Part shown: piece by piece, positions 51,210 to 61,743 of the stretch
How positions within the stretch are numbered: position 1 is the stretch's first letter
Layout of the letters: each line of letters starts with the position of its first letter
DNA from: an uncultured Planctomycetota bacterium
GTDB lineage: Bacteria; Planctomycetota; Planctomycetia; Isosphaerales; Isosphaeraceae
Direction of reading: 5' to 3'
Assembly: GCA_963737655.1 (NCBI GenBank)
Contig: CAVTTN010000002.1
Location: 1,024,001-1,088,000, forward strand
Length of the DNA stretch: 64,000 nt
Notes under the pieces: generated by a model
What the model saw: the letters and a program-made list of their open reading frames with translations, nothing else
Told to the model about the DNA's origin: nothing
Databases searched by the model: none
Made by a program: the position numbers and the translations under genes

Positions 51210-53962
51210 GGCGGGATCTTGTCGGCCCGGGCCTTCAGGCCCTCGTAGCCTGAGCGGAGGAGCGGCTCCGCGCCGTCGTCCTTCTGGCCGAGCAGGGCGG
51301 CTCCGAGCATCGAGCTCGTGTTGAACGTGGTCCAGGCGTCGGGTTCGACCTTCTGGCGGAGGGCCAGGGACTCGCGCAAGGGGGATTCGGCCTCGGCCCA
51401 CGCTCTGGCGTCCAGCAGGACCGACCCGATCTGAGCGAGCAATCCGGCCCGTTGGTGATCGTCCGAGGGCAGGGCGGCGCGGCCTTCGGCCAGCATCGTC
51501 CTCGCCAGGGCGACGGCTTGATCGGACCGTTTCGCGCGGAGGTAGGCGGTGATCAGGGGTGAGGTGACCCAGCGCAACACGGGATGTTTGAGGCTGGCCC
51601 GATGCGCCCCTTCGAGCAGGGGCAAGGCGTCGTCCAGGCGACCCGCGTCCCGGTAGGCAACGCCCAGGTTGGCCCGCGCGAACCAGGCGTTGGGATGGTC
51701 GGCCCCGTGCTTGGCGGTGCGAAGCCTGACGACTTCCTCCATCAGGACGATCGCCGGCTCGATCTTCCCCATCGATCGGTAGGTCATGGCCAGGTTGTTC
51801 ATGCTGTTGAGGGTCTCGGCATGGTCGGGGCCGAGCGTCGTCCTCCTCTGTTCGAGCGTCTTCACGTAGAGAGGGAGGGCGAGGTCGAGCCTCCCAGCGG
51901 CGCGGTAGCCGGTGGCGAGATTGTTCATGCTGGTGAGGACGGCGAAGTTGCCGGCGCCGTACTTCGTCATCTTGATCGCGAGGGTGGCCTCAAGAAGCGG
52001 GAGGGCCAGGTCGAGCTTGCCCGCATCCTGGTAGCCGGTGGCGAGGTTGTTCATGCTGGTGAGGAGGGCGGGGTCATCGGGCCTGAGCCGTGTCTTCATG
52101 AGGGCGAGCGTGTCCTCCAGCAGAGGCAGGGCGAGGGTGAGCTTCCCGGCGGCCCGGTAACCCTCGGCGAGGTTGCTCATGCCCTTGAGCGTGTCGGGGT
52201 CGTCGGGTCCGAGCCGCGTTTTCATGAGCGCGAGCGATTCCTCCAGGAGGGGGAGGGCGAGGTCGAGCCGGCCCGCGTCCTGGTAGCTCAGGGCGAGGTT
52301 CTGGAGGCTCTTGAGGGTGTCTCGATGGCCGGCGCCGAGCTTCGTCTCGAAGGTGGCGTGGGCCTGGGTCAGCAGGCGAATCGCCTTCTCGGGATGGGTC
52401 AAGTTGAGCTGGGCCACGCCCAGGGCCTGCTGCATCCGGGCCACGCTCAGCGGGTCGTCAGTCGCTTCGCCCTCCAGCTCCGCCGAGGCCACGTCGAGCC
52501 GCTTCCCCAGGCGCGATAACAGCGGCTCGGCCCCTCGTTCGCCCCGGGGATCCAGGTCGCGGAAGATCGAAAGAAGGATTTCGTTGGCCTTATCCTTCTG
52601 CCCGAGCCGCTTCCTGGCTTCGACCAGCCCCCACGTCGTCCCGATCACGCCGCCGATCAGAGCCATCACGATCAGAGACCCCGCGACCACCCGGCCCCGG
52701 TGCCTTCGGAGAAACTTGCGGAAGCGGTAGGCGGCCGTCGGTGGGCCGGCGGTCACTGGCTCGTGGTTCGCGAACCGTTCGAGGTCGTTGGCCATGCCGA
52801 TGGCCGAGTCGTACCGCCGGCTCCTCTCCTTGGAGAGGGCCTTCATGACGATCCAGTCCAGGTCGCCCCGGACGAACCGGCTCAGGCGGGCCGGCTCGGT
52901 GTGGCGGCTGGCGGCCAGGCTGGGCAGCGCCTCCGAGCTGCTCAGCCGGCTCGACGGCGTGGGCGGCTCGTCCTCCCGGATGATCCTCAGCATCTCGTCC
53001 AGAGCACTCCGCTTCATCGTCGCACGGAGAATCGGCGTCGAACCCGTCAGGAGCTCGTAGAGGACCACGCCCAGGGCGTAGATATCGGCCCGGGTGTCCA
53101 CGTCGATCGCGTTGAACGTGGCCTGCTCCGGCGCCATGTACAGCGGGGTGCCCGCCAGCGTGCCGAAGGCGCTGTAGAGGCTGTGCTCCGAGAGCTGCAG
53201 CCCGCCGGTGGCCTTGGCCAGGCCGAAGTCGATCACCTTCGGCACGGGCTTGTCGTCGTGCGACTCGACCAGGATGTTCGAGGGCTTCAGGTCGCGATGG
53301 ATGATCCCTTTTTGATGGGCGTGCTGGACGGCCGAGCAGACCTGGCGGAACAGGGCGAGCCTCGCCGGCAGGTCCAGGCGGTGGGAGTCGCAGTACTCCG
53401 TGAGCGGGACGCCCTTGACCAGCTCCATCACGAAGAACGGCCGGCCGTCTTCGGTCGATCCGGCGTCGAGCACCCTGGCGATGTTGGGGTGGTCCATCAG
53501 GGCCAGCGCCTGGCGCTCGGCCTCGAACCGGGCCAGGACCGTCCGCGAGTCCATCCCGGGCTTGATCAGCTTCAGGGCGACCTGGCGACGGACCGGCTGG
53601 GTCTGCTCGGCGAGGTAGACCGTGCCCATCCCGCCTTCGCCGATCTCCTGGCGGACCTTGTACCTCCCGGCGATGACGGACCCGACCGGCGAGGGCGGGC
53701 CCTCGACCCGGTACGAGAAGGTCGCGCCGGGGTCCGGCGGGGCGTCGTTCGAGCCGATCGTCGGCGCCTCGGAGCCGGCCCCCAGCCGGGTCTTCAGGGC
53801 CTCGGCGGGGGCGTCGTGGGCGGCGAGGAGCTCCTCCACGCGGAGCCGCAAGGCGGCGTCGTCGCCGCATTCGCGGTCGAGCAGGGCGGGGCGGTCGGCG
53901 GGGTCGGGCAGGTCCAGGGCGGCCTGGAAGAGCGCCTTCACTCGGCGGGGGTCCGGCGTCAT
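51056..53962 (-). CDS. Ser/Thr protein kinase with TM segment and TPR repeats
   Basis: IGEGGMGTVY, HRDLKPSN, DFGLAK, GTPLYMAPEQ, GDLDWIVMKAL; repeated SMNNLA..Y..AG.L..ALPL units. Confidence 0.93.
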   Translation of the reverse strand: MTPDPRRVKALFQAALDLPDPADRPALLDRECGDDAALRLRVEELLAAHDAPAEALKTRLGAGSEAPTIGSNDAPPDPGATFSYRVEGPPSPVGSVIAGRYKVRQEIGEGGMGTVYLAEQTQPVRRQVALKLIKPGMDSRTVLARFEAERQALALMDHPNIARVLDAGSTEDGRPFFVMELVKGVPLTEYCDSHRLDLPARLALFRQVCSAVQHAHQKGIIHRDLKPSNILVESHDDKPVPKVIDFGLAKATGGLQLSEHSLYSAFGTLAGTPLYMAPEQATFNAIDVDTRADIYALGVVLYELLTGSTPILRATMKRSALDEMLRIIREDEPPTPSSRLSSSEALPSLAASRHTEPARLSRFVRGDLDWIVMKALSKERSRRYDSAIGMANDLERFANHEPVTAGPPTAAYRFRKFLRRHRGRVVAGSLIVMALIGGVIGTTWGLVEARKRLGQKDKANEILLSIFRDLDPRGERGAEPLLSRLGKRLDVASAELEGEATDDPLSVARMQQALGVAQLNLTHPEKAIRLLTQAHATFETKLGAGHRDTLKSLQNLALSYQDAGRLDLALPLLEESLALMKTRLGPDDPDTLKGMSNLAEGYRAAGKLTLALPLLEDTLALMKTRLRPDDPALLTSMNNLATGYQDAGKLDLALPLLEATLAIKMTKYGAGNFAVLTSMNNLATGYRAAGRLDLALPLYVKTLEQRRTTLGPDHAETLNSMNNLAMTYRSMGKIEPAIVLMEEVVRLRTAKHGADHPNAWFARANLGVAYRDAGRLDDALPLLEGAHRASLKHPVLRWVTSPLITAYLRAKRSDQAVALARTMLAEGRAALPSDDHQRAGLLAQIGSVLLDARAWAEAESPLRESLALRQKVEPDAWTTFNTSSMLGAALLGQKDDGAEPLLRSGYEGLKARADKIPPQAGAILAEALDRLIAQAEATNKPDEATAWREEKAKLPARPTMSPQPPKGP

Positions 53963-54179
53963 CGCGAGTCCTCCGGTGGGGTTCGGTCTCCCGGATTGGC
54001 GCGATCCGAGGCCGGCGCGTCTCACGGAAATCCGATCCAGGGTCGTGGGCCGCGTCGTCGATGTCAATCCGTCGATCGCCGGGCCCCCATCCCCATTGAT
54101 CCGAACCGGGCCTTGTGCGATCTTCGAGCGATCGACGTCCGCCCCGCGACGATCTTCCTCTCTCCCGGGACCCTCTCCG

Positions 54180-55524
54180 ATGCGCCATCGGCCGAGTCGT
54201 CGCGCGTTCCTTCGCACCTCGTCCTCGGCCGGGGCGGCGCTGGTGGGTCGCGGCCTCGGGGGCGGATCTGTTCGCCCGGTCGGCCAATGAGGTCGTCAAT
54301 CTCGCGTTCGTGGGCGTGGGCGGGCAGGGGGGGAGCAACCTGCGGAACTTCTCCCGGGTCAAGATCGGCGACAAGGCCGCGGTGAACGTGGTGGCGCTGT
54401 GCGACGTCGATTCCCGGAGGCTCGACGACGCCTCGAAGCTCCATCCCCAGGCCCAGACGTTCGCCGACTTCCGCCGGATGCTCGACCAGGCCGGCAAGAC
54501 GATCGATGCCGTGGTCGTCAGCACGCCCGATCACACCCATGCCGTCACGTCCCTGGCGGCCCTCGGCCTGGGCAAGCACGTCTATTGCGAGAAGCCGCTG
54601 GCCCACTCGGTCTTCGAGACTCGCCGGATGGCCGAGGCGGCGAGCCGGGCCAGGGTGGCCTCGCAGATGGGCAACCAGGGGCAGTCCTCGGACAATACGC
54701 GGAGGATCGTCGAGATCGTCCGCTCCGGGGCGATCGGCCCGGTCCGCGAGGTCCACGCCTGGTCCGATCGGCCGATCTGGCCCCAGGGGATGGAGAGGCG
54801 GCCCGAGGCGCAGGACGTCCCCAAATGGCTCGACTGGGACCTCTGGCTCGGCCCGGCGGCGAATCGGCCGTACAGCGGGGATTACCTCCCGTTCAAGTGG
54901 CGAGGCTGGTGGGACTTCGGCACCGGGGCCCTGGGCGACATGGCCTGCCACGTCGTCAACGCCGCCTTCTGGGCGCTCGACCTGAAATCCCCCTCGACCG
55001 TCGAGGCCCAGGGGGAACCCCATTCGCCCGAATCCGGCCCGAAGTCCGAGACGATCGCCTATGAGTTCCCCGCCCGGGGCGAGAAGCCTCCGGTGACGCT
55101 CACCTGGTACGACGGCGGCCGGAAGCCCCCGGACGACCTGCTGACCGACGGGGAGAAGTGGTCCCGGGGCGGCTCGTTGCTCGTCGGCGAGAAGGGGAAG
55201 CTCTACGTCCCCGACGACTACGGAGGCAAGCACGTCCTGCTCCCGAAGAAGGACTTCGAAGGCTTCAGGCCGCCCCCCGAGACGATCCGCCGGGTGGGCG
55301 ACCATCATCGCGACTTCATCGAGGCGTGCAAGTCCCCGATCGACCGCCCGGCCAGCTCGAATTTCGGCTACTCCGGGCCGTTGACCGAGATGGTCCTGCT
55401 CGGGATCGTGGCGTTCCGGGTCGGCAAGAAGATCGAGTGGGACGGCCCGGCGCTGAGGGTCACGAACTCCTCGGAGGCCGACGCCTTGCTCCGACCCGAA
55501 TTCCGGGGCGGATGGTCTCTCTAG
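54180..55524 (+). CDS. Tat-exported Gfo/Idh/MocA oxidoreductase (frameshift near 54245)
   Basis: SRRAFL leader; VGVGGQG, STPDHTH, HVYCEKPL, QMGNQ, WDLWLGPA, DFGTGALGDMACH. Confidence 0.88.
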
Positions 55525-55543
55525 TCGGAGACGGGAGGGGCCG

Positions 55544-55804
55544 ATGTTCGGCGGGCGAAGGCGGCGGCGAACGACCTTGTGGAAGCCCCGATTCACCATC
55601 GGCGGCGCGATGATCGCCATCGGCCTGATCGCGATCCTGATCACGGCGCTGAGGCCCCTGGGCCGGATGTGGTCGTCGGTGAACCCGGCCCTGGGACAGG
55701 CGATCCTCCGGTACGCGACCCTGGAGACCGGGCTGGTCCTGGGCTGCGGCGTCCTGGGCCTCTACGCCGTGGTCCTGCTGATGAGGATGGACGAGAAGAC
55801 CTGA
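55544..55804 (+). CDS. Small two-TM protein with PRFTI motif
   Basis: GGAGG RBS; WKPRFTIGGAMIAIGLIAILITALR. Confidence 0.6.
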   Translation: MFGGRRRRRTTLWKPRFTIGGAMIAIGLIAILITALRPLGRMWSSVNPALGQAILRYATLETGLVLGCGVLGLYAVVLLMRMDEKT

Positions 55805-55811
55805 TGAGGGA

Positions 55812-55930
55812 CGGGTTCACCACCGAGCCACGGGGGGCACGGAGGAAGACACAAGGACCGAGCGAGCGGGTTTTCCTCCCATCCTCTTCGTGCCTTCCTC
55901 CGTGACCTCCGTGGCTCGGTGGTGAACCCG
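55812..55930. repeat. Triple-heptamer palindrome, CACGGAG family (copy 2)
   Basis: cgggttcaccaccgagccacgg.. / ..ccgtggctcggtggtgaacccg. Confidence 0.85.
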
Positions 55931-56068
55931 GGCTCCCAGGGATGGGACGAACCGATCGGCGGCGAGAGGTGTCGAGGCCCCGGCATCTTCTCGGGTACAA
56001 TGGCGAGATCGCCCGAGACCGCGACTCGCCGACGGCCCCGCCCTTTCGATCCGGACCGGAACGTTCTC

Positions 56069-57227
56069 ATGATCTACCTCGACAACGCCGCCACCAGCTT
56101 CCCCAAGCCCGAGCCGGTCTACCAGGCGATGGACCGCTTCGCCCGGAGACTCCCTGGCCAACCCGGGTCGGTCGGGGCACCGGATGGCGACCGAGGCCGA
56201 GCGCTCGCTCGACGACGCCCGCCACGCCCTCAACGCCTTCTTCCGCGGCGAGGCCCCCCAGCGCCTGGATCTTCACCTTCAACTGCACCGACTCCCTGAA
56301 CCTGGCGATCAAGGGCACCGTCGAGCCCGGCGATCACGTGATCACCTCGGACCTGGAACATAACTCGGTCAGCCGACCCCTGCGGAAGCTCGAGAAAGAC
56401 GGCGTGATCTCCCTGACGAGGGTGGCCTCGCACGACGGCTACCTCGACCCGGCCGAGATCCGCGCCGCCCTCCGCCCCGAGACGGCCCTGGTCGCGCTCA
56501 CCCACGCGTCGAACGTCCTGGGGACCGTCCAGCCGATCGAGGAGATCGCCGCGATCGTCCGCGAGGCCGACGCCCTGTTCCTCGTCGATGCGGCGCAATC
56601 GGCCGGGGTGGTCCCGATCGACCTGAAAACCACGCCGATCGACCTCCTCGCCTTCCCCGGCCACAAGGCGCTCTATGGCCCGACCGGGACCGGAGCGCTC
56701 TACGTCGGCCCCCGCGCCAAGCCTCGCGCCTGGCGGGAAGGCGGCACCGGCGGGGATTCGAAGACGGAGGTCCAGCCGGACCTCATGCCGTACTTCCTCG
56801 AAGGGGGGACGCCGAACGTCCTGGGGATCGCCGGGCTGGCCGCCGGGATCGCCTGGGTCGCCGAGCGAGGCGTCGAGGCGAACCGCCTCCACGAGGTCCA
56901 CCTGCTCCAGAAGGTCGTCGATGGGGTGAACGGCTCGCCCGACGGCTGGAAGGTCGCCGGCCGGTGGGACCCCGCGACCCACGTCGGGGCCCTGTCGCTG
57001 ATCCCGCCCGACCCGGACGTCTTCGCCTCCCAGGACGTGGCGATGATCCTCGACACGAGCTTCGGGATCGCCGTGAGGGCGGGGCTGCACTGCTCTCCCT
57101 ATGCCCACCGGAGGATCGGCACGTTCCCCGACGGGACCGTCCGCCTGAGCCCGGCCCGTTCAACACCGAGGCGGAGATCGAGGCGTTGCTCGCGGCCCTC
57201 AGCCAGATCGGCGCGGGGGTCTTATGA
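56069..57227 (+). CDS. Class V aminotransferase / cysteine desulfurase-family protein (frameshifts near 56147, 56264, 57152)
   Basis: MIYLDNAATSFPKP, LEHNSV, THASNV, DAAQSAG, PGHKALYGP, EGGTPN, RAGLHCSP; pieces lie in three frames. Confidence 0.85.
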
Positions 57228-57243
57228 CCGGGGGGCGTCCCGG

Positions 57244-57999
57244 ATGAAGATCACGATCACCTGCCCCCGCTGCGGGCAGAAATACGACGTGGCGGCGTCG
57301 CTGGCCGGGCGGCGGGTCCGGTGCAAGGAGTGCTTCGAGGACATCCGCGTCCCGATCCCCTCGCCCGAGGCCGCCCGACGGGTCGCGCCGGCCCCTTCGC
57401 CGGCGCCGGCGCCGGCCGTCGATCTCGACGACGAGGAGGAACTCGCGGACGCCCCTCCGCCGCCCTCCCTCGCGGCGATTCGGAAGGCGGAGCCGGGTCG
57501 AGGCGCGAAGCTCTGGGGCCCGCTACTGGTCCTCGCGACGGTCGCGGCGGCGGGCGCTCTTTTGGTCTGGACCGGCGCGATCCCCCTGGGCCCCGGGGCA
57601 AGGCCCGGAGCGGAGGCCGCCCCGGCGACGGCGGCCGTGCCCGAGTTCGAGGCCGAGCGAACCAGGCTCGCCCAGCGCCTGGGCGATCGCGGGGTCACGC
57701 TCGCGATCTTCGGCCTCCCCGACCTGGACGACCCGGCCGACTCCCCTCGCCGTCAGGCGATCGACGCCGCCCTCCTCGAGAAAGTCCGCGAGCTGGCGCC
57801 CGGCGGCGAGGTCGCCGGGGGCGGTTCGGGATCGTCCCGGACGTTCACCATCGGCCCGGTCGCCGACGCCGGAGAACTCCGCGCCTCGATCCGGTTCGGC
57901 AAGGCCACCCGCCGAGGCTCGCGGATCGAAATCGAGATCGACCCGAAGCTCCTCGGCGAGATCGACCCCGGAGGGGCCGTCGGCGAGCCTCGCCCTTGA
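57244..57999 (+). CDS. Zinc-ribbon (MJ0042-like finger) membrane protein
   Basis: CPRCGQKY..LAGRRVRCKEC, Pro-rich linker, one TM helix. Confidence 0.78.
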   Translation: MKITITCPRCGQKYDVAASLAGRRVRCKECFEDIRVPIPSPEAARRVAPAPSPAPAPAVDLDDEEELADAPPPPSLAAIRKAEPGRGAKLWGPLLVLATVAAAGALLVWTGAIPLGPGARPGAEAAPATAAVPEFEAERTRLAQRLGDRGVTLAIFGLPDLDDPADSPRRQAIDAALLEKVRELAPGGEVAGGGSGSSRTFTIGPVADAGELRASIRFGKATRRGSRIEIEIDPKLLGEIDPGGAVGEPRP

Positions 58000-58070
58000 G
58001 TCGGCGGGCCTCTTCGGCTATACTGAACACGCATTCAAAACGGCCGCGTTTCGGACGAGGAGACGGACCG

Positions 58071-58424
58071 ATGAGGTCGGCTTCCCATCGCTCGAGGAAG
58101 GGCGCTGGTCTCTCTCCCCAGATCCTCCTGGCGGCCGTGGCGATCGTCGGCGCGGTCGCCCTGCTGGCGACGGCCCGGCAAGGCCCCTCGGAGGTCCCTC
58201 CGCCTCCCGACCTGGTCGTGGAGGCGAACACGGCGCCCCTCGGGGTGCTCGCCGCCTTGCCGAACCTCGGGCCCAGCCGGGTCGAGGCGATCGCCAAGGC
58301 CCGAGAGGCCCGGCCTTTTCGCTCCCTGGACGACCTGGACCGCCGCGTGAAGGGGATCGGCCCCGCCACGGCCTCCGGGCTCCGGCCGTTCCTCCGGTTC
58401 GACGCCCCGTCCCCCGGTCGGTGA
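58071..58424 (+). CDS. ComEA-like helix-hairpin-helix DNA-binding protein
   Basis: N-terminal TM; ANTA..LAALPNLGP..A..I..R..PFRSLDDL.RVKGIGP. Confidence 0.82.
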   Translation: MRSASHRSRKGAGLSPQILLAAVAIVGAVALLATARQGPSEVPPPPDLVVEANTAPLGVLAALPNLGPSRVEAIAKAREARPFRSLDDLDRRVKGIGPATASGLRPFLRFDAPSPGR

Positions 58425-58433
58425 GGCCGCCCC

Positions 58434-60506
58434 ATGCCCGATTTCCAGCTCGTCAGCCCGTTCCCCCCGGCCGGAGACCAGCCCCGCGCCATCGACGAAC
58501 TCGTCGCCGGGCTGAAGGCCGGACGCACGAACCAGACCCTCCTGGGCGTGACCGGATCGGGCAAGACCTTCACCATGGCCAACGTGATCGCCCGGATGAA
58601 CCGGCCGGCGCTGGTGATGTCGCACAACAAGACGCTCGCCGCCCAGCTCTACGGCGAGTTCAAGGAGTTCTTCCCCCACAACGCCGTCCGCTACTTCGTC
58701 AGCTATTACGATTACTACCAGCCCGAAGCCTACATCCCCCAGCGCGATATCTACATCGAAAAAGACTCCTCGATCAACGAGGAGATCGAGCGTTTGCGGC
58801 TCCAGTGTACCAGCGCCCTGGTCAGCCGGAACGACGTGGTGGTGATCTCCAGCGTGTCGAGCATCTACGGCCTCGGCTCGCCCGAGGATTACCGCAAGCT
58901 CACCGTGAAGCTCCACGTCGGCCAGCAGATCGACCGCGACGAGATGCTCCTGAGGTTCGTGGACATCCAGTACGACCGCAACGACGTGGCGTTCGAGCGC
59001 AGCAAGTTCCGAGTCCGGGGGGACGTGGTCGAACTCTGGCCCGCCTACGAGGAGATCGCCTTCCGCATCGAGCTGTTCGGCGACGAGATCGAGACCCTCG
59101 CCATCATCGACCCGCTGACCGGCGGCGTGATCGAGCGCAAGGAGGAGATGTACGTCTACCCGGCCAAGCACTTCGTGATGCCCGAGGACCGCATCGAGGG
59201 GGCCGTGAAGTCGATCCAGGAGGAGCTCGACCAGAGGCTCCAGCAGTTGAAGGAGCAGGGCAAGCTTCTGGAGGCCCAACGCCTGGCCGCGCGGACCCGC
59301 TACGACATGGAGATGCTCCTGGAGGTCGGCCACTGCTCGGGGATCGAGAATTACAGCCGGGCCCTCTCGGGCCGGAAGCCGGGCGAGACGCCCAATACCC
59401 TCCTGGATTTCTTCCCGCAAGACAGCCTTTTGTTCGTCGATGAATCGCACGTGAGCCTCCCGCAGATCCGGGGGATGTTCGCGGGCGACTTCAGCCGCAA
59501 GAGCACCCTGGTCGAGCACGGGTTCCGCCTCCCCAGCGCCCTGGACAACCGGCCGTTGCGGTTCGACGAGTGGGAGAAGAAGCTCGGCCCGAGGATTTTC
59601 GTGAGCGCCACGCCCGCCGACTACGAGATCACCATGAGCGGCGGAGAGGTCGTGGAGCAGGTGATCCGCCCCACGGGCCTGGTCGATCCGATCGTGAGGG
59701 TCGAGCCGGCCAGGGGCCAGGTCCCGGCCCTCCTGATCGAGGCGAGGAAGAGGGCCGAGTCCGGCGAGCGCGTTTTGGTCACGACGCTCACCAAGAAGCT
59801 GGCCGAGGACCTCTCGCGGTTCCTGAAGGAGCAGGGCCTGCGCTGCAAGTGGCTCCACTCCGAGCTCGACGCCTTCGAGCGGGTGACGATCTTGCGGGAG
59901 CTCCGCGAGGGGGCGTTCGACGTCCTCGTGGGAGTGAACCTCCTGAGGGAAGGGCTGGATTTGCCCGAGGTCTCGATGGTCTGCATCCTCGACGCCGACA
60001 AGGAAGGCTTCTTGCGGAGCGAGACCTCCTTGATCCAGACGATCGGCCGATCGGCGAGGAACGTGAACGCGGAGGTCGTCCTCTACGCCGACACGGTCAC
60101 GCAATCGATGCAGCGAGCCATCGACGAGACGGCGAGGCGTCGGGCGTTGCAGATCGCCTACAACACCGAGCACGGGATCACGCCCGAGACGATCAAGAAG
60201 GCGATCCGCCGGGGGATCGAGGAAGAAATCCAGGCGAGGACGGAGGTCCGCAAGGCGGTGGGGCGCGACGAGGTCGAGGAGGTGACCGAGGAGTACATCA
60301 ATGAGCTCGAAGGCGAGATGCTCAAGGCGGCCGAGAACCTGGAATTCGAGCGAGCCGCCGCCCTCCGCGACCGCGTGATGGCGCTGAAGTCGCAGAAATC
60401 GGGAGGCCCGGTGAGGACGGCGGCCTCCCCGCAGGCCACCAGCGCCAGGGCGAAGGCCAGGGCCGGAGGGAAGAAGGGTTCGAGGCAGTCGAAGCCGTCG
60501 TTGTGA
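58434..60506 (+). CDS. uvrB: Excinuclease ABC subunit B
   Basis: [61 protein letters not shown]-terminal UVR motif. Confidence 0.98.
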   Translation: MPDFQLVSPFPPAGDQPRAIDELVAGLKAGRTNQTLLGVTGSGKTFTMANVIARMNRPALVMSHNKTLAAQLYGEFKEFFPHNAVRYFVSYYDYYQPEAYIPQRDIYIEKDSSINEEIERLRLQCTSALVSRNDVVVISSVSSIYGLGSPEDYRKLTVKLHVGQQIDRDEMLLRFVDIQYDRNDVAFERSKFRVRGDVVELWPAYEEIAFRIELFGDEIETLAIIDPLTGGVIERKEEMYVYPAKHFVMPEDRIEGAVKSIQEELDQRLQQLKEQGKLLEAQRLAARTRYDMEMLLEVGHCSGIENYSRALSGRKPGETPNTLLDFFPQDSLLFVDESHVSLPQIRGMFAGDFSRKSTLVEHGFRLPSALDNRPLRFDEWEKKLGPRIFVSATPADYEITMSGGEVVEQVIRPTGLVDPIVRVEPARGQVPALLIEARKRAESGERVLVTTLTKKLAEDLSRFLKEQGLRCKWLHSELDAFERVTILRELREGAFDVLVGVNLLREGLDLPEVSMVCILDADKEGFLRSETSLIQTIGRSARNVNAEVVLYADTVTQSMQRAIDETARRRALQIAYNTEHGITPETIKKAIRRGIEEEIQARTEVRKAVGRDEVEEVTEEYINELEGEMLKAAENLEFERAAALRDRVMALKSQKSGGPVRTAASPQATSARAKARAGGKKGSRQSKPSL

Positions 60507-60656
60507 GCGATCCCTGAAGGGCACGCGCCCCGAATTCCTCCCGGCGGTCCGCTCTTTCGCCGACGGGGGTGCCGGCCGACGGAGGGGCAAGTCGCGGACG
60601 GGCCGGGGGATTCGGCTGGGAAATCGGAGGTGTCGTCTCGGGGACCGCCTCGCTTC

Positions 60657-60765
60657 GGGTGCCCCCGGTTCTCGAACCGGGGTCGCGAAGCGACAAGAGA
60701 CGCTCTCGATCGCGTCGCCAGCCTCTCGCGGCTGCGCCGCCCCGGTTCGAGAACCGGGGGCACCC
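60657..60765. repeat. Inverted doublet of the GGGTGCCCCCGGTT REP family
   Basis: gggtgcccccggttctcgaaccgggg ... ccccggttcgagaaccgggggcaccc. Confidence 0.82.
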
Positions 60766-60957
60766 AGGTTGAGCCGACCACCCGACGAGACGATCGCCGG
60801 GATCCCGGGTCACACCGCGGGCCGGGGGCTTCGGTGCGGTCCCGAACCGGGCCCTGGAAGGCTCGGGGCCTGCGTGCTAGACTCCGGGGAAATTTGCCAG
60901 AATCGCCCGAAGCCGGGGCCCTGGCCCGGGTTCTCGGCGAGCCGGTGGAGAGCCGCC

Positions 60958-61737
60958 ATGAGCCGTTCCTGGGCCCGGGACCTCCGCCTCTCCTGCCTGC
61001 TCTCGCTCGCGACCGCCTTGACCCTCGCCCTCGCGGCCCCGCCTCCTCCCTGCCCCGCCTGCCCCCGCCTCGGAGATGACCGCATGCTGGAGCCCCACAC
61101 CGCGAGCCTCCTCGTCGATTATTTCGAGGCGTTCCTCCGCGACAAGGACCTTGAGGCGTTCCATCGCAACGTCCTGGCCCGGTACACCGAGGGGACGCTC
61201 GCGCGGCTGGCCTCCAGCGGGGACCTCCAGGCGAAGAGGGCGGCGGTCCTGGCCCTGGGGCTGGTCGGCTCGTTCGAGGTGAATCAGGCCGTCGCCCGGG
61301 GCCTGCGCGACCCCGACGCCGCCGTTCGGAACCTCTCGCAGAACGCCCTGTGGGCCATCTGGTTCCGCGCCGGGACGCCCGAGCACAACGCGAGGCTCCA
61401 GGAGGTCCGCGACCTGATCGGCCGGGAACGGTTCGCCGAGGCGCGCGACCTCGCCGCCCGCCTGATCGCCGACGCCCCGGGGTTCGCCGAGGCGTACAAC
61501 CAGCGGGCCATCGCGTTCTTCTCGATGGAAGACTACGCCCAGAGCGCCGCCGAATGCCGCCGGGCCCTGGAGCGCAACCCGTACCACTTCGGCGCGCTCG
61601 GCGGCCTCGGCCAGTGTTACCTGAAGCTCGGCCGCAACCGGGACGCCCTCCAGACCTTCCGCCGCGCCCTGACCTTGCAGCCCTTCAGCGCCGGCCTCCG
61701 CCAGACCGTCGAGATGCTGGAAGCCGAGGGGGAATAG
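60958..61737 (+). CDS. HEAT/TPR repeat protein (alternative start at 61084)
   Basis: RAAVLALG, LRDPD..VR, ALWAIW; FAEAYNQRA, NPYHFGALGGLGQCY. Confidence 0.85.
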   Translation: MSRSWARDLRLSCLLSLATALTLALAAPPPPCPACPRLGDDRMLEPHTASLLVDYFEAFLRDKDLEAFHRNVLARYTEGTLARLASSGDLQAKRAAVLALGLVGSFEVNQAVARGLRDPDAAVRNLSQNALWAIWFRAGTPEHNARLQEVRDLIGRERFAEARDLAARLIADAPGFAEAYNQRAIAFFSMEDYAQSAAECRRALERNPYHFGALGGLGQCYLKLGRNRDALQTFRRALTLQPFSAGLRQTVEMLEAEGE

Positions 61738-61743
61738 ATCGAG

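Noticed and set aside
51740..52330. About 126-nt periodic repeats
   Set aside because: 42-aa TPR repeats of the kinase
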